Source: Saccostrea cucullata (taxonomy: Eukaryota). From it: a DNA stretch of 64,000 bases. Position numbers and translations under genes: made by a program. The notes beneath the pieces were generated by a model that saw only the letters and a program-made list of their open reading frames with translations, did not search any database and had not been told where the DNA came from. Shown one piece after another: positions 13,140-23,578 of this stretch (position 1 is its first letter; every line of letters starts with the position of its first letter). The stretch lies in assembly GCF_032062105.1 (NCBI RefSeq), contig NW_026936651.1:1-64000 (forward strand), given 5' to 3'.

Positions 13140-15124
13140 ATGAAAATGGATGGAGCATTACGACTTATCAAGGTTGTCAATCTTGGTCGAATGGGCTTCA
13201 GGGCTGCAGAGCAGGTTCAAAACAATTACAAACAGAAACATTTCGACTTTTTCCATGGAAGAACACCATCTGCAGAAAATACTTTGTTGTTAGTTGAGCA
13301 CGATCCTGTATATACAATAGGAATTAGAAGCAAAAACTATGACAAGGAAACTGAGCAAAAATTACTTGGCACTGGAGCAGACTTTGTCCGAACAGATCGT
13401 GGTGGCCTAATAACGTTCCATGGACCTGGACAACTGGTAGCCTATCCAATTATAAACCTGAAGCACTTTAAACCTAGCATGAAGTGGTATGTGTGTGCAC
13501 TAGAGAAAACTATGATTGACACCTGTAAAAAATTTGGATTAAAAGCAAATGCCAATCAAGAAACAGGCGTGTGGATTGAAGATAGAAAAATAGGAGCAAT
13601 AGGTAGGTTGAAAGAAACATTAGGCTACTAACTGTTAATTAGATACTGTGAATTAAGCTAAAGCTAGAAGTGAAGACTGGCAATATGTAGTTCTGTCCAT
13701 TTGCATAATGCATGTATTAAACCATAAATATATCTGCATTTAAGGATATCCGATCCTCAGCCAGGAAGGATAACTCTTTAATTTATAATTTAATTTAAAA
13801 AGTCTTAAAATAAAGCTTGAAATTGAAATTTTTTTCATGCAACAATTTCCATTGTATGCCTTTACATATGATTCAATGTTCTTTAAAGTTTTAACAAATG
13901 GTTTTTAAATATATCTGCATTTAAAGTTAACTGAAAACAAAGATCAATATCTACAGGGGGGGGGGTCACAGTTTATGTAAATGATGACAACTATTCAAAT
14001 TAATTTTTTTCTATATATGAAATAATGAAAAACATATAATTATTATATTAAACTTATCATTTTCCCCCTATTTTATAGAGTAATCTTTCTCTAAAAGATA
14101 AATATTACCAGTATTTCATCTTAAAATCTTAAAATACCATTATGACAGTCAAATGGGTTCAATCTCTTATGTCAGATGGCTCAGTAATTGGTAGATTCAG
14201 GGGGCCTGGGTTTGCAATCTGATTAAAATCATATCCTTGATCCTCTCCTTTATTCTTTTATTTTCACTACACATTACACAATGATCTTCGTATAGTGAAA
14301 ATAAAAAAAAAATAAAGGAGCAGATCAAAGATCTGATTTTGCGAAAATAAAAAAATAAAGGAGTGACCTTGGAATTTCTTTCCATCAGATTGCTTGGGTT
14401 TGAATCTTAATCTGGTCTGCTATATTTATCTCCTCTCCTGTTACATTTGGTGCCATGACCAGGATATGACAAGTTAAAGACCTGCCAGGAAAAAGCTTGA
14501 GGTTGAATTTTCAGGGGGTCAAAGATCTTTGTGGTAATCAAACAGGTTTGATTGCTGGTGCCAGAAACCTCAGTTGGTAGAGCAAGCAACTGGAGAATCT
14601 AGAGGCCCGGGTTTGAATTCCATTCTATTTTGCAATCATTTGCTGCATTTTTCTCCTCTCCCTGTACACCAGAATGGGAAGTTTGAGCAGATTGAAATAT
14701 CACACTTGTTTTGCTGGGCATATTTTTATTTTATTTGTCTGAAGTGTCCAATCATATAGATCTATTGTAAGACAATTTATAATATCTTTTGTTAAATTTC
14801 TCCTCTTCAGGAATTCATGGAAGTCGTTATGTTACTACTCATGGGATATCTTTGAACTGTAACACAGACTTAGATTGGTATAAACATATTGTTCCCTGTG
14901 GGATTGAAGACAAAGGGGTCACATCCATCACTGAAGAACTTGGATCCGAGGTCAAAGTTCAAGATGTTTTATGGCCATTTTTGGAGAGCTTTAAGAGACA
15001 GTTTAATTGTGATCTCTCATTTGAATATCTCTCAAAACAAGATCTTTCACTCATAGAAGAAAGTGAAAAGAAACGTAAACAAATGATTTTAGAATCAGCA
15101 ATAAGAATGAAGAATCAGGTATAA
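13140..15124 (+). CDS. LIPT2: Lipoyl(octanoyl) transferase 2, mitochondrial (LipB family)
   Basis: Exons 13140-13602 and 14811-15124 join in frame; motifs LLLVEHDPVYTIG, TDRGGLITFHGPGQLVAYPI, GVW, RKIGAIGI, THGISLNCN, IVPCGI. Confidence 0.95.
14160..14670 (+). repeat. Degenerate tRNA-derived (SINE-like) repeats in the LIPT2 intron
   Basis: A-box-like ggctcagtaattggtaga (14178) and ctcagttggtagagca (14570); B-box-like gggtttgaat (14396, 14610); repeated ttctcctctcctgttaca tails. No intact cloverleaf. Confidence 0.5.
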
Positions 15125-15393
15125 TTTAAGTTTTGAGCTTTATTTTAATAAATTATTTATCAACCATCAATATTTGTTGACATTTTTAATAAGCAGTTCA
15201 TCAGTCTATCTTTATAAATAGAAGCTTAGATTGTAGGTTCTTAACCTGTGGAAGAAACATATCACCAAACTAAGTTCTTGTCCAGTAATTTGGACAAAGA
15301 GCATAGTTATTTCCTGGAAGGGACACAATGAACATGGAGAGATTCTCACTCCTTTGAATAGCCATCACATGTGATGTGTTGAAAAACAATATA

Positions 15394-18300
15394 TCACTCA
15401 AATTCACTAGCACCAAAGTTGTGATATAGCACTGCTGCTGTCCTTTTTATTGGGTCAACCACAAGATATGAAAATGTGTTTTCATGGTCCACTTTTGCAG
15501 GATAAAACATTTCTTCACCATCCTAAAAGGAAATTGAAAGTAAATCTGAGGCATGTTTCACTAATGTGTTCAGAGTAAGTCTGGAAATGAAACACCATTC
15601 CAATATTTATATATTAATCACAGTATAACCCGTTTAAAAATTCTAAAATTGTTTTTAAAAAATCACTTATTATTATCCTGAGCAAAAGTAAATTCAGATA
15701 CAGAATATGAATTTTTATCATAACATCTCTAACTACTCACTTTTGCAGTAATCTTGAACACACAGGAGACAATACTGAGCTCTTTAGTATCTGGATTCTT
15801 TTGAACACTTTGAATAGAAAATTTAATATAAATTATTATTACTTATGAACTTTTATGCACTTGCAGTAGAATATCAGCATGCTTTAAAAGTGAATTTTAA
15901 TGTGAATTAGGAAATTAACAAGATGTAATTTATAATTAGGACAATCTGATTAAAACCAGATCTTTGTTATGCTAATCCCCATCTGTATTTGTCCTGTGTA
16001 GGTTGTCTGTCTTAAACTTTTGAACATTTTCAGTTTTTTCTCTTGAATTTCTAATCAATAAGCCATTACATGATTGATCAGAGTGATATATATCCTCCTC
16101 TATATATAAAAACCTTATATATAGAGGGGGTATATATATCACTCTGATCAATTATATAATGGCTTATTGATAGAAATTCAGAGGCCCAGTGATTGGGATA
16201 AGCACGCGCCCTGCGCCATAGTCGCATTAAATTTCAAAATGTCACATTAAAATTAAAATCACTGCGCCATGGTGGCGCATATATTATCACGCACTACATA
16301 CTTTTAAACTTTGAGCTTTCCCCCAAGCGCTTGTAGTATTTCCCAAAACAATCGCTGTCAATTTACGCTTGATAAAATAGTATTTAATGTCGTTCAATTA
16401 AAGCGTTCTTATGGGTGCAAAACACAGTTTTATGTATGACGTTATCAGGACGTTACTTGGTGAGGGACAAGCAAAACTGACCCCTATAAAAAAATAAAAT
16501 GGAGGCTTGTTACATAGACTTCTGCATATCAATGGAAAGATAAAATTGTGAATTTTGTAAATATCCAACTATAATACATTCATCAATTACTACTAGGGGG
16601 TATTTGACACCTGAAATATGGGGGATATTGGGTTGTTTATGCATCCATTTTCAGTGCACCTATGCATTTTTAACCCCCCTGCTCAACAAAAACAGAAAAA
16701 ATCAGACAAAATAAGTTGTATGCATTTCACAGAACAAGTCCTAAGGTTTTCTTTTAGTGTGCTTTTAGGGTACATTTTCCACCTCTTGAAAGAGCTACAT
16801 TACCTGCTAATTGACTCATGCAATTCTGCACATGTGAAAACTGGATGTTTTGGGAGTTATCTCCCCCTATCAAAAAGTCTCACATCTTTTTTTCTAAAAG
16901 TGAATGCACATTTTTTTCTATAAATATTAAGATAAGACTCTACTTTATGCGAATAAAAACAAAAAAGATGCAGTTTTCATCTAGACTCCTATATATAGCA
17001 GGAAAATCCCTACCCAGCATGCTTCTCTCTGGGAAACTGTGTTTAGCTACCTATGACTTTCTTTTCTCCAGTATCTAATCAAACAGTTACGTGTTTTCTG
17101 ATTGGCTAATGCGCACGAAATAAACTGGTGTCAGGCGTGCAGCATGCTGCCTAAGAAAATACCTCGTACCGATAAGGGGCAGACTTTTCTTAATTTTAAC
17201 AATCCTAACAAACAGAATTCAAGTACATCGGTAGAAAATGACCCGGAAGAAGTATATCATGCTGACAGAACGAATGGAGATGAATCTGGCGGTAAGACTG
17301 ATGTAGTCTCGGAGGAAAAACCAAAACGAAAATTTAACATGAGTCGGAGGGAAGTATAGATCTAAACCAGGATTTAATGTCAAACATCGGAGACAAAAAA
17401 TAAAGAATTGAAATTAATTTGCAGTGTTTATTTTCTGACACTTGTGAATTTAAATATACTAATTTTGTATCTTTTAATGTTGTCATTCAATAATTTGACA
17501 ATTTCAATTAAGTCAAGTCAACTGAAATTCTAACAGCAAGTAATCAATTGCAAGTTTGTAACTAGGAAATGTCCCATTAAAAAGTCTGTTTGGCGCATTG
17601 AATTTTGAAATGTCACATTGACACTGACTTGGAGTGCGCCATTGTCACATTTACTCCCTAGCTTATCCCAATCACTGGAGGCCTGTGGAACCACTACGCC
17701 AATTTCCACAAATTTTGGCATCTATATGTAGCAACAACAGATGAAGCCCCAAATCTCTTTAATTTTATTGAACCAGCAACTCTGGGGCCTCGGGGATTGG
17801 ACTTAATGCAACACCAGCATATCATAGCATAACAAAGATCTGATTTTATCAGATGGGAGTAAAGAAATATTCAGTACATATAATATTGCACTCTTCTAAG
17901 TATAAACTAGCTTTTGCAATGAAACTTAAGGTAAAATAATCTCTCTAACTTAAAAAAAGACCGTATTTGTATTGAGACCAAGAGGGATTAAAGTAAATGC
18001 CATAACTTTAAATAAATACCAGTTAAACTAAAGGTCAAATAATACTATATATAAGGTCAAAGTTCAAACTTGTACACTGATAATTTTTTTTCTTTCATTC
18101 ATTGGTGAACAAAAATCCCTTTATGTACCTTGATATTTACAAATTTACTCAATGGTGGTGGTGGTGGTGGGTGGGGGATACCTGATTAAATCCTTGTAGA
18201 GCTGTTTGGTGACATCCAAGTACGGTTGTATTTCATCTTCAAACTGATTAAATCTTCCACCAAGGCAAAGATGGAAAAATATTCGGAATAAAAATTCATC

Positions 18301-20658
18301 CCTCTCTGAATCACTGTACAGACAATAGTTATCGGAATCATCAATTAACAGCATCTAAAATAAAATGAGTATGTTATTTAACATTATGATAAAGAGCCAA
18401 TCAAAAAGGCTTAAAACATAATTTGTATTAAAGTCAGTATTTAGTTCTACTGTTTGTCATCATTTTGCTGTAATTATATTAAGACATAAATTTAAAGATG
18501 AATACAGTGCACATATCTAAACTACGTACATTGCAATTCTATTGCTTAACTAGATTTGGAGATATTCTAAAGAACTTTGGTACTTTATTTTTCTAGGAAC
18601 AAATCTGAAAATCTTCAATTAATAAATGCTTCAAAAAAAGACTTGAAGGTATAAATAATTTGCAAAATATTATACATGTATAATCAATATGCATTGGCAG
18701 TATTTCGAGACAGAGTTTGAGAATGCATTCAACCACACTCTGAAATTACAAATTTTCGTGGAAGTTTAATTTTTGTTTTTTTTTCAACGTATGAAGAGAT
18801 CCATGAATTCATGTCCACCACAAAATGTAAAGTATGTTACATTTTTAAACAATTCTTCATCCACGAAATCAAATCCCCCTGAACCAAGAGTTTTTCCTCA
18901 AACCACAAAAATTGACCCCACAAAATATGCGATTTTACAGTATTTGTTTTTGTTTTAAATTAATAAACATTTTAGATTTACTTTTCTTAATTCATCTGAG
19001 ATCTGGAATTCTCCACAAAACTCATCAAAACATTTGCTGATGTGTCCTGACTCCCTCACTACACCTTTGTCTGTGAGTCTGTCAAAGAGAGTCATGGACA
19101 GGACAGAGCATGGTACAACCTCAGCCGTCACACTTGTAGCCGGAATTCCTAAGAGAAATTTGAGAAATTGTTATATATAATCATAACTCCCATTGTGGCA
19201 AAAAATTTTGACTTACTAAATGAATATACATTGGATATCAGTTGTTGAAAATTACCAATTAATATCCTTCTGTACTTGAGAAGATTTGAGATTTTCCTTT
19301 AAATTTTTTGGTAAAGCTTTGACCCCCATTTTGTCGTCTGTTGTTCTGACTTCCAAAATATCCAATTAAAAAAAACAAGCTTTTATATTTGTTAGATTAT
19401 TGATGTTTTGCTATTCTGCCAGAGAAATTTGAAATGTATTTACCAACAACTGTCCACTTGTCCCCAGATATCATGCGTAAATTGGAAATTACTTTTGGAT
19501 CCTTCATGAAGTCCTAAAAAAATATATTTCATTGTAACTATATGTACATGTCTGCTTGCATCAGTATAAACATATCTTTAGCTGTTTATTTGAAACTCTT
19601 AAAATTTTCAGAAATTATTCAAAGCATTTACTTAGTATAAATGCAATATATCATGCTGATAGAGTAAAGGTGGTTTTAATTTGCATTTAAATTTGAAAGA
19701 AGTGTTGAAGAGTTAGTTAGAAATTATCCCATAGAGTTGCAATGTATCAAAATAAAGCAGAATCTGCTAAGCCAATTACTGTAAACCAACTCTTATTCGT
19801 GACGAACTTATTTTGCGATTTACTGGGGAAGATTAGTTCGGGAAGATTAATTTTTTCAGGATCAAGCCTTTTCTTGATCTGTTTTTGATAGAAACAGAGA
19901 CTTTAATGACCGGTTTGAAGTGAGAAATATTTGGGATGAAGAGGCTCTAGCAAACCTCGCAAAAATTTCTCACACGTGAATAAAAGTTGGTTTACAGTAA
20001 TTAAAAAGTATAATTGTCTATTACTGTTTACTAAAACATTATGATATCAATATCATTTCATTACCTTTACAAAGTCATCCTTTTGATAAGATTGAAATGG
20101 TTGGTCAAAACTGAACATCTGTGCACAAATCCTTCCTTTCATTGACCTACAAAAGATTCTAGCTCAGTAAGCTCATAGTAAGCTGCAGATCTGTTGCTTT
20201 CTGCTTAGCTGCAATAATGTAGCCCTCTCCGATTTTTTTATCTGATGTTTTCTGGAGAGGCTCTCTCCCCCCCCCCCCCCCCCCAAAAAAAAAGGGGGGG
20301 GGGGGGAGAGGGCTACATTATTGCAGCTACTTTCTGCTGAAAAAATAATTCGGAGAGATAACGTTAAACTAGAGAAATTTTTGTCTATTCTAATTTTCTC
20401 AACCAGAGAGTTACAGTTCTACAGCTAGCTCATAGTTAATGTAAAAATTCCATTAATGCAGATATGCAATGCGCCATCAGGATGGAGCGCATCGGTCAGA
20501 TGACCGAGTAGCATCACGCATAGCGTCTCTAGCAACATGGAACAAAGCTTTACTTACCATTTCATCAATAATTCCTTATTCTCCTTGCTTTCAAGAGAAG
20601 GGAATTTTCTTCCATCTAAATACTGAAACGTAAATTTTGGTTCATTATCTCCAGACAT
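15394..20658 (-). CDS. CFAP300: Cilia- and flagella-associated protein 300 (C11orf70, dynein arm assembly factor)
   Basis: Exons 20658-20558 (MSGDNEPKFTFQYL...LMKW), 20146-20065 (SMKGRICAQMFSFDQPFQSYQKDDFVK), 19513-19444, 19148-18982 (VPCSVLSMTLFDRL...ISDELRK), 18354-18182 (EFLFRIFFHLCLGGRFNQFED), 15807-15741 (VQKNPDTKEL), 15522-15394 (FSYLVVDPIKR...stop) all splice in frame. Confidence 0.93.
16045..16179. repeat. ~135-bp near-perfect palindrome (foldback/MITE-like)
   Basis: gaatttctaatcaataagccattacatgattgatcagagtgatatata... mirrored by ...tatatatcactctgatcaattatataatggcttattgatagaaattc. Confidence 0.85.
18737..18942. mobile_element. MITE related to 62804-63013
   Basis: Shares gaattcatgtccaccacaaaatgtaaa...aaatcccc..gaaccaagagttttt...gattttacagta with 62804-63013. 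Confidence 0.7.
19777..19999. mobile_element. MITE (TA-CTGT...ACAG-TA)
   Basis: TIRs tactgtaaaccaactcttattc and gaataaaagttggtttacagta. Confidence 0.8.
20206..20329. repeat. Palindromic element with internal poly-C / poly-A / poly-G core
   Basis: tagctgcaataatgtagccctctc...gagagggctacattattgcagcta surrounding a long C run, an A run and a long G run. Confidence 0.75.
20525..20536. promoter_or_regulatory. RFX X-box-like motif in CFAP300 intron 1
   Basis: GTCTCTAGCAAC fits GTYNCY(N0-3)RGNAAC and lies about 20 nt inside intron 1 of a motile-cilia gene. Confidence 0.5.
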
Positions 20659-20949
20659 ATTAATTTTTGAAATATTTTCTTGTTTTGGCGTGTCTAAAAC
20701 ATGTAAATCAATTTAATGCTTGAAAATTGTCGTAGTCTCAATAGCGTTTGAAGATTTTTGCCAACGCGTACCTTAAATGTTTCGATATCACTTCATTGGG
20801 AAGCAAAAACCCTCTTTTCACTACTATCTAGGTTTTTTTTTAAGTTAAACTGTATGTTTATGAAATTATACAAAATCACATTTAAAAACTTACTCATTTC
20901 AAGAAATGTTCATTTTTTATTACATTTTTAAAGGACATAGGTATGAAAC

Positions 20950-22010
20950 TGATGTGCAATCCAAGACTGCTCTCGGAAAGTTTGACTTCAAATATTCATT
21001 TTCAAATGTTAACATGGAGTATGTTGCTCATTTAATGCTTTGATCAGGAGAACCGTATACACTGTAAAAATAGTCAAAAAGTTAAAATTGGAATAATAAA
21101 AAAAATAGCAAAACGTACGACTTTTCAACACTTTATGCAACAGATCCCGGTTTAAATTCAAGTCCATGTTTTCGACATCATAGACAGCTTTTTCTTTTAA
21201 AAAAATGAACTTGTAAATTTACTTATTTTGTCGACGCACATATGCAAATCATTTTGTACGTATACATGTTTATAAAAGACAATATATGTGTAGTTTTTGG
21301 AGTAAGGTCATCAACAATCTGTTGGAATTCCCATGGGTACTTATTGCGCCCCGTTATTCACAGGAGATATTTTTGTTTTAGTATATTCATATTTTTATGA
21401 TTTTAAAAAAATCTACGTTATGACAGTAAAGTTTTTGCTGTGGCATTCAATACACTATATTTAAATATGGTGACGAAGTTTTATTAATTTACAATAATAT
21501 ATTCATTTTCATTTATAGGATGATTTCATTTATATCCCTTTTAACTAAAATAGACACCACAAAGTCTAACACATTTGTTTCATATCTGAATACTTTACTG
21601 TGGAAAAGTTACTAGTAATTGTTACCTGACGACAGAACTTTGTGATAATCGGGATGACTTCATCTTTTCTATCAACAATTTCACTTATTTATGCAACAAT
21701 ATACCATTCAAACCTGCACTTGGAATTATGTCTACCAGTCGATTCGATTTTCTATATATGAAAAATTTTTTAAAGGGTACAAGCTATTAACAAACAAATT
21801 GACGAAACAAAGGTATCAAAAGTTTTGTTTAAAAAGTCGACATTTCGCAAATTCTAAGGTCGATACAATGAACTCGCATCAAATCCAACCTATCATTATG
21901 TTTGCCCGATCATGACAGTTGTATATACCAACAGGAGATGCTTACTTTCCCATGATACCTGATCCCAACTCTGTTTTTAGAGTTCCATGTTTTCTCTGCT
22001 CCCAATCTGT
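20950..22010 (+). mobile_element. Decayed Penelope-like retroelement (reverse transcriptase relic)
   Basis: Fragments translate as QQSVGIPMGTYCAPLF (about 21312-21360), YGDEVLLIYN (YIDD-like, about 21466) and DNRDDFIFSINNFTYLCNNIP (about 21644-21706), with many stops and frameshifts. Confidence 0.75.
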
Positions 22011-23007
22011 ATTGCTTCAATAGACGTTTTCATAGCTCAAATACTGTAATGTTCGCTATAATCGTAGTTCATCCTATGTGTACATGCGGATACATGTACA
22101 TGTAGCTAAGGGTTGTCAAGGTGACGAAAGTCATTTTGAATAAATTTTTAATCAACCATAGTCGCAGCCAGGTACTTTAAGATTACATCTAGTAATCATT
22201 AGAATTACATCATCATCGACGTAGTAAAATAGGAGTGCATTTGTGTTTGCTATATGTAACTTAAGCTTTAATTTTTCGGAAACCAGTGAGCAATTGACAA
22301 CAAACTCATTGAGAAGGAACCATTTGTACATGTCAGGTATAATCGCAGTATAGGTAATTTATTATTTTCAAAACAAGTCGTTCGAAGAATTGAATTCTGC
22401 CAAAGTTATGCCAAGTGTTTGATTTCCCTCGATCAGGCAACCAGATTCACACTGAATGCTGCTCTAATGTCTTTTAATGAGTCTTTCATGTCTTCATTCA
22501 AGGCCACGTCTTTTGACGCCAATAAGACCATGTACAATGGAGTCAAATTTCGTACATATACCGACAATTGCAGTGAAATAATACATGGTATACCCTAAAG
22601 GTTTTTTTCAAGAACAACGATGGCACACATTGTCACTTAGATGTTGAAACACTGCCATGTTAAAATTTTGAACTTATATACTCAGTATATAAGACAAAGG
22701 AAAGAACCATCGTGTAGTGTAACTGAAATTTTGCACTAGGGAGGCCAAGAAACCAAACATTTGGTTTATGTCGTCCATTGAAGTTGGAATACTTATTTCT
22801 TATTCACTAATTTTCGTGGAATGGACAAATCGCACAATCAACAGATAGGGCAGCTTCCTCGGAGTACATGAACCAGTCCTAACTCAAGGAATATATGAAT
22901 AAAACTTAATTAAGTCTATTATAAAACCCCTTTTCCGTCAATGTTTCATCGCATAAGTAGTTTTACAAGAAATAAATGAAAATGAACACTATTTTTCATG
23001 ACATATT

Positions 23008-23169
23008 TAAGGAATAACTGTCATAATTTTTCGATTTCATGACGTGATCAATCGATTGGCTTGCGTGATAATTTGCATAAACGCCGAAGGCGTTTATGCA
23101 TAAAATTATCACGCAAGCCAATCGATTGATCATCGTCATGAAATTGAAAAATCTGACAGTTATTCCTTA
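23008..23169. repeat. ~160-bp near-perfect palindrome (foldback MITE)
   Basis: taaggaataactgtca...gcataaacgcc-gaa-ggcgtttatgc...tgacagttattcctta. Confidence 0.9.
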
Positions 23170-23578
23170 TATTTACATGCTTTGATTCCGCCAATCCACG
23201 TGCTCCAAGCCCTGCTTCTGTCTAGCTGTTTGTCCCTCCCTGCACGTGGTTTTTTTCTTTCTTTTTTTTTTTTTTTTTTTTTGGAACCGCACCAATACAT
23301 TGATGAGGAAATGAAGTACATTTACAATTTGTAATTTTATCTCGGACAAAGACATTGGAAATGTAAATATATATGAATTCAGAACATATGGTTAATTTAT
23401 TTGAAAAGAAATAATCATAAATATAAGATAACAATGCAACTTCGAAAACTCATGAAAGGCGCTAAAAAGAAAATAGATTGCGCACGATTTATGGATCTCT
23501 CCTCTCTTACATCTAACTTTGTTTCTAAGATGTCCCAAGCTGCATAGGAACAAAAACAACGACTTCATCTATTTTGCC

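Noticed and set aside
14160-14670. Possible tRNA genes
   Set aside because: Only degenerate A/B-box-like pieces are present, with no complete acceptor or anticodon stems; better explained as tRNA-derived repeats.
22430-22600. Short open frames on both strands (e.g. MVLLASKDVALNEDMKDSLKDIRAAFSVNLVA)
   Set aside because: No recognisable homology and no convincing splice partners.
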